This document shows positions 26,476-39,775 of a DNA stretch of 64,000 nucleotides, piece after piece. Source of the DNA: Felis catus (Eukaryota); the NCBI RefSeq assembly GCF_018350175.1, contig NC_058373.1, positions 114,888,001-114,952,000 on the forward strand. The letters run 5' to 3'. A program made the translations under genes and the position numbers. Each line of letters starts with the position of its first letter. The stretch's first letter is position 1. The notes below the pieces were generated by a model, which saw nothing but the letters and a program-made list of their open reading frames with translations, searched no databases and was not told where the DNA came from.

Positions 26476-27436
26476 AGCCGCATCGGGTTTGGAGATTGTT
26501 GCCCATGCCCCCGGTTTCCTCCTTTGTGCCGGGGCCGTTGCCATGCACGGTGGTGCCCACCTCAGCTCTGAAAGCGGATCGCCCTGCACATGTCCCATTC
26601 CTTAGCACAGCTCCAGTGGGGTCTTTGCATCTCAACGCCCTTGCACCTGGCAGGGGTTGCAAGTTCAAATCCTACACTGATTCTATGGGTGATGCAAATC
26701 AATCAGGTGGGCAGCAATGATACACTAGGGAGTTGTAGGGAGTGTGGCAAACTGGGATGCAACCCCACCCCCTGCCATGCGGCAGCTGCTACCTACCACC
26801 GTGAAGTAGCACCTCTCTGGAAGGCGAGCTCAGTGTGGCCTGATCTTCCCATTTTCTCAAGAGAAGCTGGATTCAGATTTCTTTGTGTAACCCTCAGGGT
26901 TTTAATATTGCCAACTAATTAACGGCAACAACAACCATACTATGCAGCTCAGACGGAACATGTTTGGGGCCAGATTCAGCTTGGGGGCCAGTGGTTTTCA
27001 ACCTGTGGTCTAGAATTATGCAAACTCTCAAGAGGGGCCTCGAGGAGGTGGATGCTCCTGCCAGGGGCGTGCGAGAGAAAGCGAAGGTGTCTTCCTGACG
27101 CACCGAGGGAATAAGTCACGGTTGGGGGTTCTGGGAGCTTCCGGCCAGCCCTGAGGAAGGGAGACTTGGTTTGGTCGAGATCCTGCAAGTGTCCACAACA
27201 AAGAATGCCGGAAGTGTTATGATGCCCCCCTCCGCTGCCCACCCGGGTTCTCTTCGGACAGAAGTAACAAGAGGTGGTTAAGATTAGGCCAGACTCTAAG
27301 CCCTCCTGGTTCCCCTAACCCTCTGGGGCCACAATCCAAGAGGGTATGACATTCCGAACCCAGGAATATAAGCCTGCATCAGCTGGGGCCAGCAGTCTCC
27401 TTGGGTTTATTATCCACAGAGTAAGACGATGTGTCA

Positions 27437-27438
<2 letters not shown>

Positions 27439-27471
<33 letters not shown>
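27439..27471. repeat. (TG)n microsatellite
   Basis: Pure TG run. Confidence 0.95.
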
Positions 27472-27474
<3 letters not shown>

Positions 27475-27489
27475 ATGTGTGTATAAGCA

Positions 27490-28440
27490 TATTTTCCTGG
27501 GCATAGCAACATTTCAATAATACAATATTTTGAACTATGTCTGTTTTACTTAACGGTACGTTAGAAACATTTTTCCATGTTATCAGATACTCATTCAGTC
27601 ATTTTTAATGGCTACCGGGTTTTCATTACTACAGATGAATCAGAATTTATTTAGCCCGTCCCTACTGGGGGATATCTATGTTTTCAGTATAAGCAATCAC
27701 TCAGAGATGGATGTCTTTTAAATTTAATCTCTGCAAACATCCGTAATTACTGAGGCAGTGTAATAAATTCCCAGGATGAGGATTGGGATCGTTAGGTCAA
27801 AGGTATGCACATTATTTTGGGGGCGTTTTTTATTATTGGAGTACAGGTGGCATACAATGTTGTATTCATTTCAGGTGTACAACACAGTGAGTCGATAATT
27901 CTGTGTACATTATGCTGTGCTCCCCATGAGTGTGCACACCGGCCACCATACAACGTTATTACAGTATTATTGTATTATTGACTATATTCTCTATATGCTG
28001 TACTTTTCTTCTCTCTGACTTATTTTACAACTGGTAGTTCATACCTCTCCACCCCCTTTATCTGTGTGTGCACATTTTTAAGGCTTTTGGTACATCATGC
28101 CACATTGCCCTGCAGAACCATTGGGCTAATTTATGCTCTCGCCCACAGGGTGTGAGGAGATCCAATCCCGCAGCAATTGCCAACACTGGGGATTGATATT
28201 GATTGGTGTTGATATAATTGTGGGTATATAATACGTTTTATATAAATCGATATGTTGCAATAATACCTATTTATCGCACATTATATTTTATGCACATATA
28301 TATGGTAAACAAATACTGGTAACTCTCGAATACGTATTTCCTTGATCGTTAGTGAGATCGAATGCATTTTTATATTTGTGGGTGTTAAATTTGCCTCTCC
28401 AAAGTGACTTCTTCCCTGTCATTTTGAGATTGCCTTTTGA
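27490..28440 (-). mobile_element. Old L1 fragments with a nested L1 3' end (~27825-28060)
   Basis: AT-rich; atttcaggtgtacaaca...attgactatattc...ctgtac is the typical reverse of an L1 3' UTR. Confidence 0.65.
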
Positions 28441-28805
28441 GTCTACATTTAGACCCTAGCTTCTCCCCAAACTTTCTTCTTTCTGGACTGGGGAGCCCTG
28501 GGTTTCTGATCTGAGCTCTCTCCCGAGGGTCCTCCCAAGGCGTGGCCTCTGGGGCGGCCCCTAGGGCTCCCAGAGCTGCTCAGACCCAGTGGGCGAGGTT
28601 CAATCTTCCCAGCGGCATCCCTGCTCTTTCCCTGTCCCCTGCCCTCCTGCCCCTGCTGGCGAGGGCTGCTCCCCAGGGCCCCTTCCCGTGAGACTGAGGC
28701 CAGACCTTGGTGCCTGGGGAGCTGACCAAGCGCTGCCCTCTGGTTGAAGGATGAGCGAGCCTGGAGGGGGCAGAGGACAAGCCTGACCATTCGCTTTTCT
28801 CTCAG

Positions 28806-28947
28806 AGTCCCAGTGAAGGAAGTGCTCCCTGGCATCATTAAGCAGGGGGTTAATTGCTTAGAATCCCAGGGCCAAGACTCAGCCGGGAACTTCCTGCTTG
28901 GAATGGGGATCTGCAGAGGGTCCGCCAAGAACCCCCCAGCACCGCAG
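28806..28947 (+). CDS. GALNT16: GALNT16 coding exon 13 (ricin-type lectin alpha repeat)
   Basis: ctcag|...CAG|gtaag; (T)VPVKEVLPGIIKQGVNCLESQGQDSAGNFLLGMGICRGSAKNPPAPQ; 142 nt. Confidence 0.95.
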
Positions 28948-29647
28948 GTAAGCTGCTTAGGGCCTTGAGGTCCAGGCCAGGATGGGGAAAGGAGCCATGG
29001 TCGTCATCCAGGAGTGGGGTGTGGGGCTTCCCTCTGCTCCTTCTCATTTTCTCTCTGCTTGCTCCCCCCACAGGGGACCATGCACGTTATCCCCTCACAC
29101 GGCTCCTTGGCTCTGCTCCTGCCACATTCCCGTCCCCTTTCGTACACTTCGCACAGTTGCCCTCTGTGAACCACCCACTTTCTCCTTGCTGAGGGAGAAA
29201 TGCTACCCAGCAGCACCCAGTTCTCCCCCGGGATGCAGCCATAGCCAGCATATATGATGGGCAGCAGGGCATCCCGGACTCCTGTGTGTGCATGCATGTG
29301 CCACCTATGAGTGCGGGTGCACCTATGTCAAGACTAGTGCAGGTCATGGAAACCCCCCGGCTGCCCTGGCCCCACGTCCTGTCTTTCTCCCTGTCCCCCC
29401 AGCATCCCTTGGTACATCCTTGATTGCCATTCTGGCCATTCCAGCTAAGCTCCCCCTAATACTTTATTATGAAACTTTTTAAACATACAGAAAAGTTGAA
29501 AGAATTATATGGTGAATACCATGCACTCCTATTATTTGTAGAAAATTCTATCAAAATACACAGTATATTTGTTTTATCACCAATCTACCCATCTATCCAT
29601 CCATCACTAAGCATTTTGACTTGGTCTTTGATGTCCCTGCCTTGTAG

Positions 29648-29770
29648 GCGTGGCTGTTCAGTGACCATCTCATCCAGCAGCAGGGGAAGTGCCTGACTGC
29701 CACTTCCACCTCCATCACCCCGGGGTCCCTGGTCGTTCTGCAGGTGTGCAACCCAAGAGAAGGCAGGCAG
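29648..29770 (+). CDS. GALNT16: GALNT16 coding exon 14 (lectin beta repeat)
   Basis: tgtag|...CAG|gtaag; AWLFSDHLIQQQGKCLTATSTSITPGSLVVLQVCNPREGRQ; 123 nt. Confidence 0.95.
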
Positions 29771-30321
29771 GTAAGCCTCTTCGCCACCAGGGAACACACA
29801 AGGGGGTGGCAGCTCCTAGCAGGGGAGCCCTGGGTTGAAACAGATAGACTCAAGTAAGCCCTCCAGATTAAGAGTCACTGTAAGTCAATATCTAGGTCAA
29901 ATCTCTTGTTTTACTCACCGGGAAACACTTCTTCAAGTAAATGTCTGTTAAATGCCAATCCTGCCAGCCTGTGAGCTCCGTGAGGGCAGGGACTGTCTGT
30001 CTTGTGTCCCTACAACACTATCCCTAGCCCCTGACAAGCACCACAGTCAAACTCGTGTTGGCTTTTACCAAGAGCCCATGCTAGGAGTTTTACAGATTAT
30101 CTCATCTAAACCTCATGCAGCCCAGGGACTTGGGCCCTAGTACTATCCACATCTTATAGGTGAGTTACACTGAGGCTCACTGAATTTAAGGGACATGTGT
30201 CAGATGAAACATAGCTGGGAAGGGGTGGAGCCAGGATTCAAACCCAGGTCAGTGTGACCCCTAAGCCCACAGTCTTAACCCAAAACACAGTAGATGCTCG
30301 ATAACTACTTCCTTTCCTGTC

Positions 30322-30580
30322 TTTTCTTTTCTTTTCTTTTCCTTTCTTCTCTTCTCTTCTCTTTCTTTTTCTTCTCCTTCTCCTTCTCCTTCTTCTTCTT
30401 CTTCTTCAGAGAAAAAGAGAGTGCAAGCAGGGGAGGGGCAGAGAGAGAGGGAGTGAGGATCCCAAGCAGGCTCTGTGCTGTCGGCATGGAGCCCCATGCT
30501 GGGCTCTATCTCATGACAGCGAGATCATGACCTGAGCCGAAATCAAGAGTCACTCAACCGACTGAGTCACCCAGGTGCCC
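30322..30580 (-). mobile_element. Can-SINE with (CTTTT)n/(CTT)n tail
   Basis: Reverse head ending cccaggtgccc; tail converted to microsatellite. Confidence 0.9.
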
Positions 30581-31120
30581 TTCAATAAATATTTCTTGAT
30601 TGTGGCTGTTGGGAAACTGAGATCCAGATACACTGATTTCCAGGCATGACAGGCTCACAGGAGCACTGCTTTTTCCATTTGCCAAACACTCACCCACCCT
30701 GTTTCCATTAATCCTGGGAGACAGGCCAGGCCCACCTGTTGAGGAAGAAACCGATGTTCAGAGAGATGACATCACTTGCTCAGAATACACAGCAGCCAGT
30801 GACAGTCAGCCGGCTCCCTTCCTGGCTGGGAGGGTGCCCCTCTGCCCGAGGAATGGGACACAAAGGATGGCGGCCTGCTCCGGCCCTTCCTCTGCCCACC
30901 AACCGCCTCCCCTCTCCCTCTCTGTGCCTGACCCTGGCCAGCCAGCGGCACAGTGCAGGGGTGAGGAGAGCGCCTAGCTCTCTGACTTGGCCTGCAGGGC
31001 TTCCTCCCACCCTTTTCCTGTTTGCCTGGGTCAGCTCTTTCTTTAGGGATGACTGGCAGTTTGCTATTCCATTCTGGAAAAGCAGCCAGATCCTCTCCTC
31101 CAGCCTCTGGGTGTATGTGA

Positions 31121-31157
31121 GTGTGTGTGTGTGTGTGTGTGCATGCACACGCGTGTG
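31121..31157. repeat. (TG)n and alternating purine-pyrimidine tract
   Basis: (GT)10 followed by gcatgcacacgcgtgtg. Confidence 0.85.
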
Positions 31158-33214
31158 AATTGTGTGCCATGATCTGCTTGCTGAGCCCGAGGGATACTTC
31201 TGAGGAGTTTCTGATTGGCAGATGTAGTTTGTCCTGCCCCCTCAGGCTGCCTGCCCTCTGCCCCTGCCCTGCAGGGAGGGAGACCCTCAGGCTCTCCTTC
31301 ACTGGGAGCCTCAGACCTTTCTGAGGACCAGGCTTTGAGCCCACTCCCATTCCTCCTTGCTGAGGCCGAGCTAGGAAGTAGCTCCCGGGGCAGCTGAATA
31401 TTTCTCTGGAGCTGAAGCATCCTTTCCCCTCCATGCTGACCCAGCCCCAAGGGCTTGTGGGAATTTCTCTTGGCCCCATTCGCTCTGCTCCTACAAGTCT
31501 TGCCAGGCCCCCAGCAGCACCCTGGGCCACTGGGGCCTCTCCTCCAAGAGGACAGGATGAGCAGGTCTCCCACTGCTGGTGCCTTCTCAAAGCTAGGCCT
31601 CCCTCCTTGGTCCCCTTTTGGCCTCCAAGGCCACTTGGGTATCATGTATCTAAGAGGCCCTATATATTGGAGCCAGTATGATGGCACTGGCAGACCCCAG
31701 CCCGACCACCCCTCACCTCTCCGAGCCTTTGTCTCCTCCCTGCCTGCCTTGCAAGGCACCTGTAAGAACAGAGGCTGAAGAGATGGGAGAGTGCCCAGGG
31801 CTGAGTGGCCAAGAGAGTTGGAAAGGCCCTGTAACTGCCCGATGACGGCATGGGTAAGAAGTGAGAATCCTGCAGTTTGGGGACCGCCTCCAGTGATGGG
31901 ATGATTCATTCCTTCATGCGCACATTCATCCTTTGTAAACACTGTGCTAGGTGCCTACCTGTGCCAAAGGATATCCTTTGCCCAGTAGGGGCGAGTGTGG
32001 CCAGCCCCTTCTAGGAGGTCAGGGACTAGAGGGGTACAAAGCAACCGATGCTGGGAGTTCCAGAGGGACCAAGGCCTTGTCCTACCCACTGCCCCAACTT
32101 TCAGGCCAGGGACTCCTCACTGCTGGGGCTGCATGGGCACCCCACAGGCCTACATTCCAAAGGGGAGTCTGCAGCCCGCAACTTCCCTCCCCACCCCGCC
32201 CCCGGTCCACCTCCCAAGTCAGTTCCCTTCTCTGCCCACCTCAGCCCCTGCAGCCCTAGACCTGGCCCTGTAGCTGGGTATGGCTCAGGCCTTCTGCTGG
32301 CACTCCAGCTGAGTGTGTGACCTCACCCTTTAGAGCCCTGGGGGCTCCATGTGTGGGCGAGCATTCCTTACCCCCTTGAAGCCTGGGCCAGCCTCTCTCC
32401 CCTTCTCCTGATTGTTCCAAAGGACACACCATCCTCCACCCAGGCACCTCCAGATGTTCCACAGGAACACCTCTTTTCCCCTTTGTGAAGCCTGGGGAAA
32501 GGGAGGCACAGGGTGGGCACTGGGATGGGGACCCCAGGCCTCCTACCATCCTGCTGGGCTCACTGAGTCATCACTGCAGAGATGGCAGCCGGTTCCCACT
32601 CAAGGGTGTCGGTCACCCACTGCACAGTTACAGGCCAGGTCAGACCCTTATAGCCCCAGGGAGAAGAAATCTTGTTTGAAGAAGCAAAAGATGCACCAGG
32701 CCAGGCCCCACAGACTCAAACGCCAACAGGGAGGGGCAGGCTGTACTGGAGGAGAACGTAGGGACCGGGCAGGACCTTGATCAGCAGACAGCAAGAGTCC
32801 CAGCTACAGCAGGGGGCAGCCGCTCAGCCCCAACCACCTGATGCCACATGAGAAACTGGGCCCATGTCTAAAGGGAAGCTGGAAACACAGAGTTTCATGT
32901 GACGACCAAGCCAAAGCTTAAACACTATGCAGGCCAAACAAAATACATCCCTGGGTTTGATTCATTCAGCCCGTGGGCCTCTGATCTAGACTGCTGAATG
33001 AGGCAAGAGTGCATCAGAAGGGGAGGGGGTTAAGGAGGCGTGCGGGGTCAGGGAGCTCTTGGGTAGGGGACAGTCCGTTTCAAATGAGGACGGTGTGTCC
33101 TAGGTATATTCAGGCCACTTACATACATGTGAAATGGACTTCTGAGCATTGTTACTATTTTTAATCATTGTGTTTTCGTCATCCTCCTTCCCCCCCCCCC
33201 CCCCCCCCCCCCAG

Positions 33215-33352
33215 AGATGGAGGAGAAAAGCCTCTTTCATCCAGCACTCGGTCAGCGGCCTCTGCCTGGAGGCCAAGCCCGCCCAGCTTGTGACCAGCAA
33301 GTGCCAGGCCGACGCCCCGGCCCAGCAGTGGCAGCTGTTGCCCCACACATGA
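33215..33352 (+). CDS. GALNT16: GALNT16 terminal coding exon 15 (lectin gamma repeat, stop)
   Basis: C-run+ag|AGA; RWRRKASFIQHSVSGLCLEAKPAQLVTSKCQADAPAQQWQLLPHT-TGA with QxW motif; exons 2-15 sum to 1497 nt in one frame. Confidence 0.96.
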   Translation, partial: RWRRKASFIQHSVSGLCLEAKPAQLVTSKCQADAPAQQWQLLPHT

Positions 33353-34110
33353 CGGTAGCCTGGGGCCTCCTGTACCTTTTGCATGAGACTTTGGGACTGG
33401 AAGCGGGTTAGGGAGGGGGAGTGTAAAGCAGGCCGTTCCCATCTCCTCGCATTTCTGCCGGAATCATCAGCAAACACCCCCTGCCACGACACACGTTTCT
33501 CCAAAGCTTGTTCCGGGGGGGCCACGGGGGAGCAGGCCCCGATGCCCTGGCTGCCATCCCGGCCTCGCCCCGGAAGAGGAGACGGTCAGGATGCAGGACT
33601 GCTGCTGGGCTGAGACTGGGCAGGCCCCCTGGCCCTCTGTTCCCTCCCTTTGCCCTCCTGGGGTTCCGGACCGTGTTTTGGGGGCCCTCGCCTGTTGGCT
33701 GGGGAGAACAAGGACAGAAGCCCACGCAGGGCCCCTGCTGGGTCACAGGGCCCGCCTGTGGGGTCAGCGTGAGAGGCGAATGTGGGCGGCGTGGATGGGG
33801 AGGGCGGGGAGGGGGCAGCCTGAAGGCAGGGAGAGAACAGGGAGGAGGTGAGAAGCTCAGTGGCCTGTCCCAGGCAGGTGCTGGGTTGAGTGCGGGAGGG
33901 ATGGGATCTGGAGCAGAGGATGATGGGTCATTTGCAGAAGGACATGGATGGAAAAGCAGCGAAGCACCAAAAGAGTGACTCTCCTCCCGACAGCCCATCC
34001 TTCCTCCCATGCTGTACCAGTCCCCGGGCGCCGTGCCCTGCACTCTGGTCTTCACGCTCTGCACAAGAGGCTACAGGGGGCTGTTCAGGGGCAGCCTTGG
34101 GACACAGTTT

Positions 34111-34116
34111 ATTAAA
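34111..34116 (+). terminator. Candidate proximal GALNT16 polyadenylation signal (ATTAAA)
   Basis: First poly(A)-type hexamer I found after the stop; usage not shown by sequence. Confidence 0.35.
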
Positions 34117-35350
34117 CAGATCCCACTTCTGGTTGGCCGTGCGCCAAGCCAAGACCTCTTTCTTGGACCTTAAGACCAGCTGATGCCCTGTCCCCTCTGC
34201 CTGGGTCCATGGTGATGACCCTGTAGGGACAGGCGGCCGCCCCGCACTGCTGAGCAGCCCCATCCTTATTCAGACCTTTTGACTCCTGCCTTCTCAAAAG
34301 CCTTTGCCTCTGTAAATACTGTATCATGGCATTGAGGTGGCTGGGATGAGCAGGACCTCCTTTCTGGAGCTAAACATTCCCTAAGACATTAGGGAGTAAG
34401 TCGTGCAGCCTAAGCCTCATCCCCGCCCCTCCTCACTGCAAGAGGGAGGCCTGAGAGGGTCAGTCCCTGCAGTGGGCGGGGAGGCCGGCTGGCAGCTCCT
34501 GTTTGTGTAGAGAGCCCCCTTCTCACAGCCACTGGGCCACGGCCTAGTCTCAGAAGGGCTTCTGCTATTCCCCATCTCCTCCTGCCCAACCCCACTGGCT
34601 CAGGCAGCGTGATCTTCAGCAAAAGACCAGTGGCACAAGGACCCCTGGGAATCCCCCCTCCCAAAGCAAATCAGCCTGGGCCCCCTAGAGAATTCATGGA
34701 TTCCAGAGGGCCTAGGAATCCTCTGAAATTGTCCCCCAAATAGTGCATGTGTGTGCATATATGCATTTTCCTGGGGAGAGGGTCTGTGGATTTCCCCGGC
34801 TTCTTACAGAGGTACCCGATCCCCAAAGGATCTGAACTTCTGCTCTGGATTGGCACGACCATCCAGCTGAGCTGCCGTGTCCCTTCTCCCTCCCTGGTGT
34901 GCCTAAACTGCTAGCGTCCTCTTCCTTGCTGTCCTCCGGCCAGCAGCCCCACGGTGGGGGGTTCTCAGTGGCTTCCTCTCACCTCCTGGCTCTCACCGGG
35001 CCCTCTTAAGCAGTGCTTCTGTGCCCCAGCAAGGGGCCCTTGGCCCCCAGGGCCACTATCTTCCGTCCTCTGCCACTACGTTTCATCCACCCCCATCTCT
35101 GTCGTGCGAGTCCGCCCCATAGGCAGCGCGAACCTTTGGGGAGGGGGGCACGGCTTCCCTCGTTGAATGTAACAGGACTGCCGCTCAGGGAAGCCCCTGA
35201 GAAGCCGTTCCTTCCCTGTGGTCAGGCTGCACTGGTCAGCCGTCCTTTGTGGGACTCAGCCCTGTTCTGGTTTTGCTTTTCCTCCTCTTGACCAAAGCAT
35301 GTGCCACTAGCTGTCCCCGAGGGCCTTGTCTTTATGAACCACACATCTGG

Positions 35351-35356
35351 AATAAA
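35351..35356 (+). terminator. Candidate distal GALNT16 polyadenylation signal (AATAAA)
   Basis: First canonical AATAAA I found, ~2 kb after the stop. Confidence 0.45.
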
Positions 35357-35896
35357 ACCACTTCTCACACGTACACGTGCACCGGTGCCTTCCTTTCTGA
35401 TGCCAGAGTTGCCCTCCCCTGCCTCATGGAGGGGAAGTTGAGGCGTCCATTCTGCCAAGATGAACCACACGGGGGTCTAACCCCCTCCTGCACCTGACAG
35501 CTTGCTTCTCGGCCTACGTGCCCCCTGGTACCCCAAGGAGTCCTGGATGACAGACTGGCTGCTCCAGGGGAGCCGGCAGGTGGCCCTGCTTCTGGAGCAG
35601 GCTGGCACCAGAGGCCAGGTTCCTGTGACCTCGTGGACCCTCCTTGGGGTCCTATGTGGGGCTTTGGAGTGGAAACCAAGGGTTTTTTTTCCAAATTCTT
35701 GCCTTTTACCAACCCTCTCTCCTTCCCTGGGTGATAGCCCCAGCCCCTCAGAACTGCTCTTCCCCACCCCTACCACATAAGAAGGCAGCGGTAAAGTGCA
35801 GGCAGGACATCTCCCGAGGTAGGCACAGCAAAAGAATTCCAGAAAGAGCCTTATCAGCCTAGCCTTGTTGATCTGATGGCAGATGCTCGGCCTCAT

Positions 35897-35910
35897 GTTT
35901 CCATGGAAAC
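35897..35910. promoter_or_regulatory. RFX X-box (palindromic)
   Basis: GTTTCCATGGAAAC, a perfect 14-bp palindrome fitting GTTNCCATGGNAAC. Confidence 0.5.
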
Positions 35911-36647
35911 AACAGAAAGCCCCCACTGCTTCTGATCACAGAAGTCGAACCTACCCAGGTAAAAAGAAACGCTGCTTCAGTGCATAGATGAACTGTGGTG
36001 GGCAGGCCAGCGTGCAACTAAACCTGTCCGGCACACAGCCATTTCTGCTCCCACCCCCACTTCACCTCGGGGCTGCTCGTCCGGGGCCCCCCAGAACTGC
36101 GGACCGCCATGCCCGACGGGCCCGGAGCAAAGCCCTGGCTGGTGAGTGTGGCTGCAGAGCCCAGCTTGGGCTAACTGGGCGCAGGGCACAATTCACTGCA
36201 GAAATCTCTCTCTCTCTCTGTTCGTCCTCTCAAGGAGCGCATCCCACTGCCCACTGCCTTCTCCGGCCTCTCTCCTGGCCAGGCTGGGCCAACTTTCCAC
36301 CTTCCGTCTGTTCTCCTTCCCAGCCTCAAAGGGCTCCGGTGCTGCTTCTCCAGAGTCGTGCTTTCTTGCCCTCCTCCAAACCTACCTCTCTGGAGGCCCA
36401 GTTTCTCTGACCCTTTTTTTTTTTTTTTTTTTTTTTTGTTCTGGAAAGTAAGACTGGTAGCCTTTAGCCAGCTCTTGGAGGGGTGAGCAAAAACTCTCAG
36501 GTTGGCCCTTAGCAACAACGGACCTTACAGAACCCAGCAGAAGAGTCTCAAAGAGCACACAGGAGGGATGTGGCTGTGAGGCCAGCCTCCCATTTGTTCA
36601 GCAAGGAGGGGTTCCTCCATCCCTGAGCCTCTGTGACTTGGCTTCAG

Positions 36648-36907
36648 TTTTCTCTTCTTTTCTTTTCTTTTCTTTTCTTTTCTTTTCTTTTCTTTTCTTT
36701 TCTTTCTTTTTTTTAATGTTTATTTATTTTTGAGAGAGAGAGCACAGGCAGGGGAGGGGCAGAGAGAGGGAGACACAGAATCTGAAGCAGACTCCGGGCT
36801 CTGAGTTGTCAGCACAGAGCCCAATGCGGGGCTTGAACTCCCAAACTGTGAGATCATGACCTGAGCTGAAGTCAGAAGCTTAACCGCCTGAGCCACCCAG
36901 GCGCCCC
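36648..36907 (-). mobile_element. Can-SINE with (TTTTC)n tail
   Basis: TSD ttggcttcagttttc/ttgatttcagttttc. Confidence 0.93.
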
Positions 36908-39591
36908 TTGATTTCAGTTTTCACAGAGGCTCTGTCCTGTGTCCCTCAGGAGGGGTCTCTCCATCTGCAGTTGGGAGAAATAACGTGGGCAATACCTGTC
37001 TTCCAAGGGGTCCGGCAGCCCCACACCTGTGGAGAATCTTCCAGCACCAAATGGGGTGTGATCCTCTCCCGAGGGAACAGGAAAGGAAAAGCTACAGGTC
37101 ATGATACCCACAACTTCATTCCCGACAATGTCCCCAGTGTCCCTGGTATTGCTGTATGTCCCCTATCGTGGTTGAGTCCATTTCCTCCAGAAGGTGGGGG
37201 GCGGGACAGGCAGCTTCTCATATTAAAAGGTCTTCACTGGTGGGCACTTAGCAAAGACCTCAGGTGTGGCAGGCCGGGGCTGCCCTCTCCTGGGCCCGCA
37301 GCCGGACTATGTGGTCACCAAGCAGGAAGGAGCCTCCAAAGCCATCTGAGGACAGCCCTCTGTTGTGGGACTCGATCCCTCTATACTACAAAGAAAATAG
37401 GAGTGGGGGCCTCAGGCCCCTGTCAGTCAGTCTGTCCCCGCTCTGCCACTTACTGGTCATGGGGTCCTGAGTCCCTTACTTCATCTCTCAGCCTCGGTTT
37501 CCTCACGTGGAAGTTGGGGGTACTCATAGCACTGGAGGGTTTTGCGAGGACTGATCTACCTCACGAGTGCAAAGCATCTTTCTAAAAGCTTAGTAAACGT
37601 GTGTGAGTGCTACTACTAATAAGCAGTGCCTTTCGGGGTGCCTGCTACATGCCAGGCACTTTACCAGGGGTGGGGACACAGACGTAAAAAAAAACAGAAA
37701 TATTCTAGCAGGGGACATGGCCACATAGGCCATCATAAAAGCCCCAGGGAACTAGGGGAGCAGCAAGGAGGGGCCTCTCGCTGTGGCCTTCGAGCCAGGG
37801 AGTCCCGATGCACTCTGGACCATGCCTGCCTCGGCTGGGCAACGGGCTGGATGAGGCCTGGCAGACCCTAGCCACACCAGCCCGGCTCGTAGCTTGGCAG
37901 GAAGTGGTGAGTGGCCCAGACTTGTTACCCCAGTGTGCACAGCATCGTAGCGATGCAGACCAGCCCGTAATCATAGAAGGATTTTAGAAGGAAGCTATGG
38001 CAGTGGTTTAACCCCAACAGACAAACCCTTTGCTTCTTAAGCTACTGGCCATTCCTCCAGGGCTCACTTTCCTTTATTCGGTGAGGGCAGAAGAAAGGAC
38101 GGGGAAATAGATGGCCTGAAAATTTTAATGACTCTCATCTGGCAAGAATGAACACAAATGACCAGGAGGTGTTCCAGAAAGACTTGTTTTCTCCTTCCTC
38201 CTTGGTTCAGGTTATCTCTGATCCACCCAACCCCCCTGAAACCCAAGCCTGTCTTTCAACAGATTGCCTTTCAAATAAGTGTTGCTCAAAGTTTGGCCCA
38301 GATCACCTGCTGGAATCACTCGAGGTGCCCCGTAAGCATGTCGGTTCCCGGGCTCTGACCCAGACCTGCGGACTCCGAATTTCTGTGTGTGCCCAGTGGC
38401 CTAGGTGATACAAATGCACCTGAAGTCTGCAGCCCTCTGAAGCAGGAAGGAGAACTGGAGGCCCCGGGGAGGAGAGGCCATGCAGGGGAGACTCAGGACG
38501 AGCCTGAGCTCTTCGGGGATGCCTCTCATGGATCATGCAGTCTCTCACACCTGCGGCGTATTCACCGTGAACATGACCGAGCCCATGATGATGTGCTGAG
38601 CACCTACCCCAGAGGACAGACAATGGGCTCAGAGAGTCCTGCAAACCACCAATGGTCAAGGCTGTCCCTTGCCAGGCACCAGACCACCAGGCCAACCTCA
38701 GCTCCCACCCCGTGTCCTTCACCCTGGGATCCAGCCACACTCACCTATGTCATTTCTTGAAGTTTCTTTCTGCCCTCTCTTGACTGTGCTTGCTGTTCCT
38801 TCCACTCTCTACCTTGTTGTCTCCATGGGTCGCTGCTACCCATTTTTCCAGACAGATGCCGCTTCCACGAGCAAACGTCCCTGGCTCACCGATGTGTCTG
38901 AGGGCACCTTTCCAACCTGTCTCTTCAATGTCTTGAATGTTCCTCTCCAGCCATGCTGGCCACCTTCCTCCATGTGCTGTGATAAGGACTTGTCTTCTCT
39001 AGTCCTTCTTTGTCCCCTCTTTGCCGTGGGCTGTGGCTCTTGGATAACAGGACCCGTGTCTGCTCCCCATAGCCGCAGCACAGAGCCTGGCTCTCCGAAT
39101 CACAGTAAAGTCTGGCTTGCCCCATGAATGAGCTCACAGATTCCAGCGGGGCTGTTTCTTATTTTGTTTTGCTTTGCTTTGTTTCGTTCTGTTTTGTTTT
39201 GTTTTAGTGACAAGGCATTTCTACTTTTAGGAAATAGGACATTGCATACGGAAAGCACTCAGTCCATATTTGTTCATTTTTCCTCTCACTTGTCCCTAAA
39301 AGCTCAATATCTTCACAACTCCACCCTTCCTACTTGTATTTTCAAATTGTCATTTTTATGTTTCGTTGTCTCTAAGCCCTCGACAGCAATGCGTTGGCAA
39401 TGCCGAGGGCTGACATGGATCATTTCCCGGGTACCCTGAGCTTGAGATGCCAAATGTGCATTCTTTCATTGCTCCCCAACACCTCTCGTGAGGTAGGTTC
39501 TGGTTTGCCCACTTCATGGATGGGGGATAGGGGTGGCTCAGTCAGGAGAAGAAACTTGCCCCAGGACACATAGCGAGGTTTAAACTCAGTC

Positions 39592-39775
39592 CCAGAGAAG
39601 TATAAGTTGTGTGGTCCCACGGACCAGACGCGTCTGGGAACCTACTAGAAATGCAAACTCTCGGGCCCCACTCAGACCTACTGCAGTGGGGCTCAGCGCT
39701 TGCCCTCACGCACATGCCCGGAGTGTAACCGGCCCCCAGAGGGTTCTGATGCTCGCTCAAGTTTGAGAGTCACTG
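39592..39775 (+). mobile_element. MER5A-like MITE
   Basis: tagaaatgcaaactctcgggcccca...agacctactg...aagtttgaga...cactg. Confidence 0.75.

Noticed and set aside
30772..31942. Long minus-strand ORFs (272 and 292 aa)
   Set aside because: GC-rich intron 14 antisense; low-complexity composition running through a (TG)n repeat; no recognisable domain or exon structure.
33408..34064. 218-aa and 156-aa ORFs after the GALNT16 stop
   Set aside because: Lie in the GC-rich 3' UTR; Pro/Gly-rich chance ORFs.
36908..37585. 225-aa + strand ORF
   Set aside because: Begins at TTG at a SINE target site and ends in a MIR-like remnant; no recognisable features.
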